64,000 nucleotides of DNA from positions 3,736-67,735 of the forward strand of contig JAWOKN010000056.1 in the NCBI GenBank assembly GCA_033854175.1. The letters are read 5' to 3'. Positions 1 through 9,139 of the stretch are shown here, in pieces. The translations under genes and the position numbers were made by a program. Each line of letters opens with the position of its first letter. Position 1 is the stretch's first letter. This DNA is from Bacteroidota bacterium. Its GTDB lineage: Bacteria; Bacteroidota; Ignavibacteria; UBA10030; SZUA-254. The notes beneath the pieces are model-generated. The model saw only the letters and a list, made by a program, of their open reading frames with translations. It was not told the origin of the DNA and made no database searches.

Positions 1-434
1 ACTAAGACCATGTTTCCTGCGGAATTGTTTGATTTGATCCCCTATAATGGCAACGCAACCCTGGTTCTGTGGAGATTTCACAGATCCATCGAAGGAGCGT
101 ACATGCACTCCATTACAGATTCAAAAATATATGGGGAGGATCCGGGCGCACGACTTGATCGAATCGACCTTCATAGTGAAGTTCCTGCAGTCAAGTCCTG
201 GAACCTTCAAGCAAAGAAAGCGGTGAGCCGTCAGTCCAAATTCGTGAGCGAGTAAATGGTGTGAGAGAGGATCAAAGAAAAAGATTTCATGGACAAATAG
301 AAGCCTGGACAGGAATTTATAGCAGACATTGTAGAAGTTTTTCGCATACTGGATGTTATCCAAACATTGACAGATCATTGGCTTTTGAGAAACGGATCGA
401 TTATCTTGAATATGAAATCGGAAAGGTACCTGCT

Positions 435-1430
435 TTGACAAAGTATATTATCAGCATTCTTGTGGCTCTCTCCTCGATGAGCACTGACGAACGGGCCTAT
501 GCGAGCTGCGGAGCTGCGAGCTGCCCACTCAATTCATTCTCGCCGCTTCGTGGTGGCTGGCTGCAATTCGGTCTGGCGTATGAGTACATCAATCAGGATC
601 GCATATTTCTTGGATCGTCGGAATCGTACCCTGGAGCAATTCCGGAGGTTCATGACGAGCTCCGCACAATCAATCGGCGGACTCTTTTTCACGCACAGTA
701 CGGACTCTTCGATGGACTCGGCTTAGAAGTGCATGTCCCATTCATCAATCGTGAGCATAGCCACATTGCTCACGATGCAGAAGGCGACAAGGTGGAGTCA
801 TGGGCGTTTAGCGCAGTTGGCGATGTAATCATAAACGGGCAATATGCGCTACTCGTCCCACCAGAGGAGTTCGAGCCGTATCTCAGCGTGGTTGCCGGGA
901 TAAAGCTTCCGACCGGTGCGACTCATGAAGTGAATTCAGGTGGCGAAGAGGCAGAAGTTACAATTCAGCCCGGAACTGGGTCGACAGACGCATTCTTCGG
1001 ACTCAATTACCAACAAACTCTTGCGTCTCTTCCGATGCTCTCTGGTAAATACAGTGCACTGCCGATTATCGCGAATATAACCTTCCAGTTACCGGGACAT
1101 GGAACGCATGATTATCGATTCGGAAATTCTCTCCTTGCACATGTTGGAACCGCATACCGGTTCAGTAATTTTACCAGCATTCTCTTGCAGGTTAACGGAA
1201 AAGTTCAGGATTATGCTGATGTCGGGACGACCGGGGAACCGCGCGAGAACACCGGCGGAACATGGATTTTCCTTAGCCCGGGTCTCGGCCTCCACATATC
1301 CGATGCCTTTGTCGGCAACGCATACCTGCAAATTCCTTTATACCAGAACGTACACGGCATACAGCAAACAGCGGCATACAATTTGGCGTTCAACCTGACG
1401 TATTCGCTCAGTCTCGTTGGGGCCGATTGA
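435..1430 (+). CDS. putative outer-membrane beta-barrel protein (MetA/phenol-degradation-like transporter family?)
   Basis: Part of ORF 261..1430. In-frame TTG at 435 is preceded by GAAAGG and gives a plausible signal peptide MTKYIISILVALSSMSTDERAYA. The rest shows alternating hydrophobic residues typical of beta strands, is Gly/Tyr-rich and ends in an LSLVGAD tail. The start is uncertain and family assignment is by composition only. Confidence 0.35.
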   Translation: MTKYIISILVALSSMSTDERAYASCGAASCPLNSFSPLRGGWLQFGLAYEYINQDRIFLGSSESYPGAIPEVHDELRTINRRTLFHAQYGLFDGLGLEVHVPFINREHSHIAHDAEGDKVESWAFSAVGDVIINGQYALLVPPEEFEPYLSVVAGIKLPTGATHEVNSGGEEAEVTIQPGTGSTDAFFGLNYQQTLASLPMLSGKYSALPIIANITFQLPGHGTHDYRFGNSLLAHVGTAYRFSNFTSILLQVNGKVQDYADVGTTGEPRENTGGTWIFLSPGLGLHISDAFVGNAYLQIPLYQNVHGIQQTAAYNLAFNLTYSLSLVGAD

Positions 1431-1669
1431 GAAATTCGCCGTTGGGAAATTAAATCCGGAATGGTTTCCGGACGCATGAATCTGCCAATAAAGGGACACG
1501 GCCATCATTGTGAGAGGTTTTTGTTCCATATGGCTGCCCGCATGTTCAAAAGGTGTGACGGACAAATGCTGGAGAGAGGGTAAAGGTGCACCGAGGGGTT
1601 ATTTACCCGGCGCCTATTTGATTACGTCGACTTTCTCGTGGCAGTCAGGCGTTCGTCACCGTCGGTTTG

Positions 1670-1948
1670 TCATCCCTCAATAATGTTCTGCACGGGAAAT
1701 ACTTTGGGTTCGACCGGAGTCACTCCTGCCTTATGAAGAACAGGTATCAAGGTCTTGCCAAATTCCTCAAGCAAGGCTTTCGATTCCCATATATCCGTCA
1801 CAACGATACTCCCGTCTTCCTGAAGGGAAGCGACATGGTACAAACGCCCTTTTGGCATTCCCTGGCCTGCGGCTTCCAATCCACGTATGGCTTTGTTGTA
1901 TTTTTCGGTATTCATGGTCGGCAGGTTAAACACGGTGATAACTGACAT
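1670..1948 (-). CDS. small ABM/Dabb-like (stress-responsive alpha-beta barrel) protein
   Basis: 92-aa ORF. The LYHVASLQEDGSIVVTDIWESKALLEEFGKT segment resembles the antibiotic-biosynthesis-monooxygenase fold. Similarity is weak. Confidence 0.3.
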   Translation of the reverse strand: MSVITVFNLPTMNTEKYNKAIRGLEAAGQGMPKGRLYHVASLQEDGSIVVTDIWESKALLEEFGKTLIPVLHKAGVTPVEPKVFPVQNIIEG

Positions 1949-2351
1949 GGGTCTTTCCTTTCCTCATAGACCGCATAGAAGGCGATGCGGCACGCCGAAG
2001 CAAATGGAGTGAACCTGATTTACTGATCAGGAGTTAACTAAAAGAACGCCATGCGAACAGTCCCTATGCACGCATGTGTGCCCTTGATTGATCAAATGTA
2101 ACAATCCTTCAGAGAAAAAGCAACAGACAGGCAGTGTTGATACTGCCGGCTCGTTTTCGTCGTTTCCAGCCATTACACCTGGAAGTGGAGTTTGCCCACA
2201 AAAGAAGACAGGAAGTTAAGCCAGTGACGTTAGGAGATTTTCATATGCACTGGTGGTCTCAAACCGAGTGATGAGTGGCCGCTCGCACGTTTATAAAATA
2301 TTTTCAGATACCGACAAGATTTCGCCGGTGCACTTCCAATATCTGAAACCT

Positions 2352-2660
2352 CTACGGGAGAACATGTCGTTTCTTAAGCGTTGCAAAGAAGGATTCAGAC
2401 ATTGCGTTATCGAGGCAGTTTCCCGTGCTGCTCATATTCTGTACGATGCCATTAGTGGTCAGGATTTCTTTGACCCGAGCATCAACATATTGTTTCCCGC
2501 GATCACGGTGAAAAACAATCCTGAAGCGGTCTCTCGTCAGTGCAATGCCATCTGCAGTGCTTCGACGACTGCCTCGGCATGCATGTGAATTGGAAGGAAT
2601 GTGCGAACTTGCGACCGATAGGGACAGGTCCCCCCGCCAAGCTGCCGGTTTCCCGGCAGA
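2352..2660 (-). pseudogene. IS3-family transposase OrfB remnant (frameshifted, truncated)
   Basis: The C-terminal ~50 aa of ORF 2352..2855 read FHRDRGKQYVDARVKEILTTNGIVQNMSSTGNCLDNAMSESFFATLKK, matching the IS3 OrfB DDE-region motif HSDRGSQY...GNCYDNAxAESFF.TLK.E. An adjacent frame upstream reads ...AEAVVEALQMAL, as expected just N-terminal of that motif. No intact OrfA/OrfB or inverted repeats were found. Confidence 0.55.
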
Positions 2661-3344
2661 ATAATCTTTGGACAGGCTCCGACCATCATTCTGAATCCAG
2701 ATGGTGGCGGCCTGCGCCTCCTGCATGAAACGAGCCCTATCCTGTTCCGACGCCGAGAGATGGGCCGGAAGGAACTTCAGTGCGACGAACCATCTGAGCT
2801 TGAACCCTCGCGGCCTTATAGACCACTCCCATGCCCCCTTCGTCCAGCTTCTCAAGAACTTTATACCGTGACAGAGTTCGTCCGATCATGAACATCTCTT
2901 GATGAAATATTGCGATATTCGGCTATTGCGAGAGGCAGGTCGTGAATGAATACCAAATCATCCGCTCTCCGTGATCCTCCCCGGAAACGATTCCCCTAAT
3001 CCACCGAGCGGTGACATAAGTCACCCGGGAATTCCATGATCTTCCGGCAGGACCCTGACGATGTCGGAGTATCCGACCCTTCGGCCCGCCCGAGATGGAT
3101 GACACTGTTGTGCTCCCCCCACAGCCGCGTCATTCTTCCGGCGACCGGAACAAGAAATCAGACAAATGAGTATAGATCGAGTCGTAGCCGTATGATCCAA
3201 CACCCCGGTTTGCCGGCATGAAGAAAACGGGAAGATCTCTGAAGAACGGTGCACGGGGTGCGGCTCTTCACCCAAACAGGTCTCACACTTGAGAGATGTA
3301 GATCCCGATCCCCCCGGAAACCAATCGCACGGGGCAACAGAATA

Positions 3345-3360
3345 TGGTGCGCAATTTGCT
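3345..3360 (+). promoter_or_regulatory. candidate sigma-54 promoter (TGGTGC-N5-TTGCT) upstream of the multiheme cytochrome
   Basis: The GG(-24) and TTGC(-12) core elements are correctly spaced about 94 nt upstream of ATG 3454. The -24 hexamer deviates from TGGCAC at two positions. Confidence 0.3.
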
Positions 3361-3453
3361 CGAACATATGCCGACAGAACCGCGTCCAGATCGGTCGCGG
3401 GTGCGGTCGAAATACCTCATAACATTGCGACCGGAGAGAGAAGGAGTGCGAGT

Positions 3454-5205
3454 ATGGACAAGAATACATATTTTCGCGGAGGCGCCTGTTTTTTTCTGTT
3501 ACCCATTGTTTTCATCCTTTCCCCAACCCACCTACGAGCCCAATCAGCGCTGCCATGCTACGCATGCCACAGCGGGGAGAACGACAACTGGCTGCTCGGC
3601 CGGCATGCAAACACCCAGAAGGACGTCGCAGGCGAGATCGCTGCTAACTGGCAGGGGCAGACGCCAGATTCCGTCATCCACGGCTCGGCTGCGGAGAACT
3701 GTGTAGCATGTCATTCCCCGCTTGCCGTCACGACAAACGGCGGGATGACCGAAACGCAGGTGATGGGACATTACTTCACCACGACCGGCGGTTTCTACAC
3801 TGATTCCACGCAGGCCGCGGATACGGCCAACTGGCCGCATGTCGGCTGCAACACCTGTCATGACGTTCCGTCGAACCATACGAGCCATGTGTTACCGACG
3901 CTTGCGATTTTCAATTCAACGACGGCACAATACGACTCGATGCCGACGACGGCCACGCTCTGCGGACAGTGTCACGGAACGCTGAGATTCGCGGAAACCG
4001 ACCATCGGATATTCGATGCGTGGAAACTCAGCCGGCACGGGCACAGGGGCCAATCGGACGTCGCGGGCGAGCTCGCCGGAAGCTGGGCGGGCAAAACACC
4101 CAATGACGTCATCAACGGGCCCGATGCGGAAAACTGCGTCGCCTGCCATGCTCCGACGGCGGTCGGTCAAAAATCCGGGGACACAACGGAGGTCATGGTC
4201 TTAAGCCGGTTCTTCACGACCTCGGGCGGGCAATTTACTGCAGGAACGGCCCCTTCCGACACGGCCCACTGGCCTGATGTCAGCTGCACCGCATGTCACG
4301 ACCCACATCGGCCGGACACACTTTCGTACTACAACACATCGACGAGGACGTACCAGGTCATGGCCTCATCAAACCAGTTATGCGGCCAATGCCACGGCAA
4401 CCTCAGGTTTGCCGGTACTGACCATTTAAGCTACAACGTGGAAGAAGCCATCGGTGGAGTCGGTGTGGCGGCCCAGGCGACCATGCCCGGCGCCGGGTGC
4501 ACGGATTGTCACATGCACAAGGGTGAAACGGACGGAACAAACTCACTCATGTACAAGGGGCACAGCTGGTCCATCTTCATCCACGAACCGGACAGCAGCA
4601 CAACCGCCTCCTGCACATCATGTCATGCGGGAATGAACGCCGATTCCTCCAAAACGGTCATCGCCGGCTGGAAGGCCGAATTTGCCTCGACGGACTCACT
4701 CGCCCAGTTACGGGTTGCCTCAGCAGACTCGGCGCTGCAGGGAATAACCGATTCCGTCAGGCAGGCATATCTTGCGGAAGCAAAGAGCAACCTGAGTCTT
4801 GCGGAATCGGACGAAAGCGGCGGATTCCACAACCACAAATACAGTATGGCGCTCCTGAACGACGCCATTGCGAAATCGGCACTCATCACCGGAGTAACGA
4901 TGCCGCAGGCGAATCTCCCGCTGCGGTTCGCGTTACATCAGAACTACCCGAATCCCTTCAATCCATCGACCATCATCCGGTATGAGATCCCCCTTGAAAG
5001 CAGAGTGGCCCTGAAGGTCTACAATGTTCTGGGACAGACCGTGGCAATACTGCGGGAGAACGTAGAATCAGCGGGGTACAAAATTGTAGAATGGACTGCG
5101 GCAGGCATGCCAAGCGGCATATACTTCTGTCAGCTCCAGGCAACGAGCACCTCGCATCCCGTCAAGGCCTACAGTCAGGTCATGAAGATGCTTCTTATTA
5201 GATAA
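3454..5205 (+). CDS. nonaheme c-type cytochrome with T9SS C-terminal sorting domain (secreted/cell-surface)
   Basis: ATG 3454 is preceded by AAGGAG. Signal peptide is MDKNTYFRGGACFFLLPIVFILSPTHLRAQS. Nine CXXCH motifs are present (CYACH, CVACH, CNTCH, CGQCH, CVACH, CTACH, CGQCH, CTDCH, CTSCH). The C-terminus NYPNPFNPSTIIRYEIPLESRVALKVYNVLGQ... is a T9SS type-A (Por) sorting domain. Confidence 0.85.
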   Translation: MDKNTYFRGGACFFLLPIVFILSPTHLRAQSALPCYACHSGENDNWLLGRHANTQKDVAGEIAANWQGQTPDSVIHGSAAENCVACHSPLAVTTNGGMTETQVMGHYFTTTGGFYTDSTQAADTANWPHVGCNTCHDVPSNHTSHVLPTLAIFNSTTAQYDSMPTTATLCGQCHGTLRFAETDHRIFDAWKLSRHGHRGQSDVAGELAGSWAGKTPNDVINGPDAENCVACHAPTAVGQKSGDTTEVMVLSRFFTTSGGQFTAGTAPSDTAHWPDVSCTACHDPHRPDTLSYYNTSTRTYQVMASSNQLCGQCHGNLRFAGTDHLSYNVEEAIGGVGVAAQATMPGAGCTDCHMHKGETDGTNSLMYKGHSWSIFIHEPDSSTTASCTSCHAGMNADSSKTVIAGWKAEFASTDSLAQLRVASADSALQGITDSVRQAYLAEAKSNLSLAESDESGGFHNHKYSMALLNDAIAKSALITGVTMPQANLPLRFALHQNYPNPFNPSTIIRYEIPLESRVALKVYNVLGQTVAILRENVESAGYKIVEWTAAGMPSGIYFCQLQATSTSHPVKAYSQVMKMLLIR

Positions 5206-5241
5206 GACGGACACGGGAAAAAAGTCACATTGATATCGAAG

Positions 5242-5267
5242 CAGGCCGGTGCAACAACACCGGCCTG
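5242..5267. terminator. bidirectional hairpin between convergent genes (cytochrome / feoB-associated ORF)
   Basis: CAGGCCGGTG-caacaa-CACCGGCCTG forms a perfect 10-bp stem with a 6-nt loop. A T-run follows on the minus strand about 18 nt away. Confidence 0.45.
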
Positions 5268-5287
5268 CCTGTCATTCAGGAGACAAT

Positions 5288-5488
5288 TCAGAGCCGGTCA
5301 GGCTTCACCGGGCAGATCGACCGGTAGAAGCAGCCGGTGCATTCAAGCGCCTGGCGGGGAACCACGGTAGTACACCGGGGGCAACGTTCGACGAAAGGAT
5401 TCGTGACCTCGAGATGGCACTGCGGGCAGCGGCGGATTTCCGTGGCAAGTTTCTCCCGGAGGGCCATTTCCGATGCCTTCAGATCCAT
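5288..5488 (-). CDS. small six-Cys (3x CXXC) zinc-ribbon-like protein immediately downstream of feoB
   Basis: ATG at 5488 lies just after the feoB stop. The product is MDLKASEMALREKLATEIRRCPQCHLEVTNPFVERCPRCTTVVPRQALECTGCFYRSICPV... (66 aa). It shares the feoAB strand and may be a FeoC-like or Feo-associated accessory protein. Confidence 0.4.
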   Translation of the reverse strand: MDLKASEMALREKLATEIRRCPQCHLEVTNPFVERCPRCTTVVPRQALECTGCFYRSICPVKPDRL

Positions 5489-5493
5489 ACCCG

Positions 5494-7386
5494 TTACATC
5501 ACAAAATGAGACACAACGCCGCCGACAAAAAAGGCCACGACCCAGGTACCGATCCAGATCACCATCCCCTCCCTCCAGCCCCTCTCTTTGAGCATCACCA
5601 TCAGTGAAGCGATGCACGGGACAAAGAGGGTAATGACGATAAGCGAAACGGCAATCTGCATCGGGTTGAGGGACATATGGTACAGACCGGCCGCGCCGAA
5701 ATCTCGGCGGACGACGCCCATAATAAATGCGACAGCGGCCTCCGGGGGCAGCTGGAGCCAGTGGACGACCAGGGGGGTAAGTTCGTGCTCGAGAAGATCC
5801 AGCAAACCGGTAAGCTGTGCGATACCGACCGCGAGTGCGCCCACAAAAAACCAGCCCGAGGCCTCCTTCATGAAATAATATGTCCGGACGGCGGTTTTCC
5901 TGAAGACATTTTCCATACGGGGCAATCTCATCGGCGGGAGATCCAGAAGAAGCGGGGCTGACGAGCCCGGCAGGACCCGGTCGAGCATCGTTCCGATAAG
6001 GACCAGAACGGCAAGGATCACCAGGACATAGACAGCGATCGGGCCCGGGCCCGCACCCGCAAGGAGCGCGGCGATGACGGCCATCTGGGCGGAGCAGGGG
6101 ATGACAAACTGAAGAATTGCGGTGGCAATCGTCTTCTCGCGTTCAGAGCCGAGGAGGCGTGTAGTAATCGTTGCGGAGGTCACGCAGCCGAAGCCGAGAA
6201 TCAGCGGAATGACGGCCCTTCCGTTCAGGCCGAGGTAGGTCAGAATGCGGTCCACCATCGTCGCCAGCCGCGGAAGGTACCCGCTATCCTCCATCAGAGA
6301 AAGAACGATATAGAACGAAATCACGAGCGGAAGCAGAAGAAAAAGAAGATACGTTGTGGTCATGGTCACAACGCCGTAAGGACCGACAAGGAGTGTATAC
6401 CACCATGATGAGGGAGAAATCAGGGTGGCGGTGATCGTGCGGATCCACGGTTCCCAGAGATTGTTACCGATCCGCTGCTCGGTAAAATTCACAACCAGCT
6501 GGGAAACAAACTTTCCGATAAAGAGATAGGCGACATACAATGCGGCGACAAGGATAGGGATCCCCGTGGAGGGCTTCAGGGCCCAGCGGCCGAGCCTGTC
6601 GGAAAACCGTCTTTTCGGGGAAGTATCCTGCATGACCTGGTTCACGAGATAATTCACCCGGTTGCGGCGGCTGATATAAATCTCATCGCGGAGCGTGCCG
6701 GGATTGACGCCGTGGCGCCGGGCGACAAACTGGTCCCCCTCGAGGACCAGCAGGGCCTCGGATTGTGAGCCGACCATGGAAAGGGTCTCATGGAGGTGGC
6801 CGTGGAGTTCCTCGCGCTGGGTCCCCTCGCGGGCGCCCAGGATGGCCTGATCGAGTTTTTCCAGCGTGACGCCGTTCACGGCGGTAACGGGAATGACACT
6901 GACGCCCAAAAAATTCGAAAGCTTCGGAATGTCGATACTGATATGAAAATCCCTCACCTCGTCCATAAAATTCAGCAGCACCGTAATCTTCTTCCCCATA
7001 TCGATCAGCTGCTGGGTCAGAAACAGGTCCCGTTCGAGGTGTGTCGCATCGACAACATTCAGAACAATATCCGCGTCGAGGATGATATCGCGGGCGGCTT
7101 TCTCCTCATCATTAAACGACGAGACCCCATAGATGCCGGGTGTATCGAAGACATCATAATCGCGGTAGGAACCGCAGACAAGTTCGACGGTAGTCCCCGG
7201 ATAATTCGAGACATCGACATTCATACCGGAAAGGGTATTAAAAATGATCGATTTCCCGACATTGGGATTGCCGGCAAGGACAATTTCCACGCGTCCGGTC
7301 TGTTTGCGGGGGGATCTCAGGCCGGGATGCTGGTGTCTATCCGAATGTTCCAGCGGGGGGCGGGATAAAGGATCATCTGGTGTCAT
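5494..7386 (-). CDS. feoB: ferrous iron transporter FeoB
   Basis: N-terminal G-domain (VLAGNPNVGKSIIFNTLSG...NYPGTTVE) followed by a polytopic membrane domain. An alternative GTG start at 7290 would remove a 32-aa N-terminal extension. Confidence 0.9.
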   Translation of the reverse strand: MTPDDPLSRPPLEHSDRHQHPGLRSPRKQTGRVEIVLAGNPNVGKSIIFNTLSGMNVDVSNYPGTTVELVCGSYRDYDVFDTPGIYGVSSFNDEEKAARDIILDADIVLNVVDATHLERDLFLTQQLIDMGKKITVLLNFMDEVRDFHISIDIPKLSNFLGVSVIPVTAVNGVTLEKLDQAILGAREGTQREELHGHLHETLSMVGSQSEALLVLEGDQFVARRHGVNPGTLRDEIYISRRNRVNYLVNQVMQDTSPKRRFSDRLGRWALKPSTGIPILVAALYVAYLFIGKFVSQLVVNFTEQRIGNNLWEPWIRTITATLISPSSWWYTLLVGPYGVVTMTTTYLLFLLLPLVISFYIVLSLMEDSGYLPRLATMVDRILTYLGLNGRAVIPLILGFGCVTSATITTRLLGSEREKTIATAILQFVIPCSAQMAVIAALLAGAGPGPIAVYVLVILAVLVLIGTMLDRVLPGSSAPLLLDLPPMRLPRMENVFRKTAVRTYYFMKEASGWFFVGALAVGIAQLTGLLDLLEHELTPLVVHWLQLPPEAAVAFIMGVVRRDFGAAGLYHMSLNPMQIAVSLIVITLFVPCIASLMVMLKERGWREGMVIWIGTWVVAFFVGGVVSHFVM

Positions 7387-7609
7387 GGGGAACTTCGTCG
7401 ATGACCGTCACGAGAATACTCCGTGCAAGTGTGTGGCCGATAGCGATCTGCTGTCGGTTTTTCTGGAGAACGATGGTTCCGCCCGGGAGGCGTTCCAGGC
7501 ATTTGACGCGCTGCCCTTCATGGATCCCCAGCCGGACGAACTGGGGGTAATAATCGCCGCCGGGGACCGAATGAATCTTCAACAATTGACCGACCTTGGT
7601 TTCGCTCAT
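7373..7609 (-). CDS. feoA: ferrous iron transport protein FeoA
   Basis: FeoA SH3-like domain (VGQLLKIHSVPGG...RLGIHEGQRVKCLERLPGGTIVL...IAIGHTLARSILV). The ORF track starts at 7678 (GTG), which is upstream of the predicted sigma-54 transcription start. ATG 7609 (MSETKVGQ...) or 7645 is more plausible. Confidence 0.8.
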   Translation of the reverse strand: MSETKVGQLLKIHSVPGGDYYPQFVRLGIHEGQRVKCLERLPGGTIVLQKNRQQIAIGHTLARSILVTVIDEVPHDTR

Positions 7610-7686
7610 AGAGACGGGTTTCTTGCGGCTCTTCTTGTCAGTCATGATATCATATCGATTAAATTCAAACATACTCACCTATTATC

Positions 7687-7702
7687 GGCAATTATTGTGC
7701 CA
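7687..7702 (-). promoter_or_regulatory. sigma-54 promoter (TGGCAC-AATAA-TTGCC) driving feoAB
   Basis: Minus-strand sequence CCGATTTGTGGCACAATAATTGCCGATAAT matches the -24/-12 consensus perfectly. It sits between the PLP-enzyme stop (7811) and feoA. Confidence 0.6.
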
Positions 7703-7728
7703 CAAATCGGATAAATCTATCCAATATT
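7703..7728. promoter_or_regulatory. palindromic operator ATCGGATA-N4-TATCCAAT abutting the -24 element (copy A)
   Basis: CAAATCGGATAAATCTATCCAATATTTC is near-identical to the 26-bp perfect palindrome at 45231..45256. In both copies it sits 1-3 bp upstream of TGGCAC. Confidence 0.55.
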
Positions 7729-7810
7729 TCAGATAAGGATTCCGCAAATCCGCAGACGGGGGAGGGAATGCCTATCATCTTTGATAAAACGAAAATCACA
7801 CGGAAACCGA

Positions 7811-9139
7811 TCAGAGTAAAGAGAGTGCTTTCTGAAGATCATAAATGATATCCTCGGGATCCTCGAGGCCGATGGAAAGGCGCAGACCGCCCGGATCGAG
7901 TCCCCTTTCGAGCTGTTCGTCGAGCGGGAAAGCCGAATGCGTCATCGAGCTCGGATGTTCGACCAGAGTTCTGATCTGGCCGAGGCTGACTGCAAGGGTA
8001 ATCGTATAGGCATTATGGGCGAGGGCATTAATAAACCTTTCGCCCTGGTCGTGCCGTTCCTTCGGTGTAGAACCGTGGAGGACAAAATAGAGGAGTGTGC
8101 CGGGGGAGAAATTCCCCTTATAGTCGCGCATCTGTTTCCGGGCAAGTTTAAACTGCGGAAACGAGGGTAATCCGGGATACCGGACGAAGGCGACGCGGGG
8201 CTCCTTCCGCAGGAATTCAGCCACCCGGTAGGTGCTCTCGATCTGCTGGCGGATACGGGTTGAAAGACTCGGGAGGCCATAGACCAGTATAGGCCAGGCG
8301 CTCTTAGCTGACAGTGTGCCGCCGAAATCCTTCCGGTAAAGGAGGAGCCGGTCATAGGACCAGCGGGGACCGACAACGACGCCCCCCATATCGGTGCCGA
8401 AACCGCAGATCCCCTTTGTAAGAGAATCGACGACAAAATCGGCACCCAATGTCAGGGGACGCTGGCAGAAGGGGGTGGCGAAGGTATTATCGATGACCAG
8501 ATAGATCTTCCTTTCGGGGGATCTCCGGCGGTTCGCGCGGCGGATAATGCCGGCAATCGCGCCGATATCGATAAGATCCAGAGTCGGGTTCACGGGGGAC
8601 TCAAAATAGACGACGCGGGTGCGGTCGGTGATCTTCCGTTCAAGGTTTGCGGGTTTTCTCAGATCGACATAGGCCGTAGTGATCGTATACCGCGGGTACC
8701 AGTTAAGGAGAAGCGAATAGGTACAGCCGTACAAAACGGGGTGGGCGATAATTTCATCGGCGGTGCCGGTAAGTGTGCCGAGGACGGCCGAGATGGCTGC
8801 CATACCGGTCGCAAAAGTCACGGCCACCTCGCCCTGTTCGGCGTCGGCGAGGTTTTCCTCGAGGATCTCCTTATTCGGTTCGCCGAGGCGGTCATAGATA
8901 TAGATCGGGGCGCACGATGCAATCTTTCTGATTCCGTCGTGGTGGGCGAACTCTGCGAACCCCTGAGCGCCGCGCCGGGCGGTATCGAGGCGGAACGTCG
9001 AGGAGGAGGAAAGGGGCGGGACGACATGGTGGTTATAGTCCCACTTCTTGCTCGAGGCCTTTCCATAAATAAGGCGCGTCTGCATTGAATACGGGCGCGC
9101 CTGATGTTTTTTACCTTTCTTCGGGCGTAAGGATTTCAT
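7811..9139 (-). CDS. Cys/Met-metabolism PLP-dependent enzyme (cystathionine gamma-synthase/O-acetylhomoserine sulfhydrylase/methionine gamma-lyase family)
   Basis: Fold-type I PLP enzyme with the DSLTKGICGFGTDMGGVVVG lysine motif. TRLIYGK...HHVVPPLSSSSTF is typical of the trans-sulfuration family N-terminus. It overlaps the upstream gene by 4 nt (ATGA). Confidence 0.75.
   Translation of the reverse strand: MKSLRPKKGKKHQARPYSMQTRLIYGKASSKKWDYNHHVVPPLSSSSTFRLDTARRGAQGFAEFAHHDGIRKIASCAPIYIYDRLGEPNKEILEENLADAEQGEVAVTFATGMAAISAVLGTLTGTADEIIAHPVLYGCTYSLLLNWYPRYTITTAYVDLRKPANLERKITDRTRVVYFESPVNPTLDLIDIGAIAGIIRRANRRRSPERKIYLVIDNTFATPFCQRPLTLGADFVVDSLTKGICGFGTDMGGVVVGPRWSYDRLLLYRKDFGGTLSAKSAWPILVYGLPSLSTRIRQQIESTYRVAEFLRKEPRVAFVRYPGLPSFPQFKLARKQMRDYKGNFSPGTLLYFVLHGSTPKERHDQGERFINALAHNAYTITLAVSLGQIRTLVEHPSSMTHSAFPLDEQLERGLDPGGLRLSIGLEDPEDIIYDLQKALSLL

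Noticed and set aside
10-255. 81-aa ORF at the window start
   Set aside because: It has no motifs and no convincing RBS. It may be the end of a gene lying mostly outside the window, or it may be non-coding. It is left unannotated.
2253-2588. 111-aa plus-strand ORF
   Set aside because: It overlaps the IS3 transposase remnant on the opposite strand and has no motifs. It is likely non-coding.
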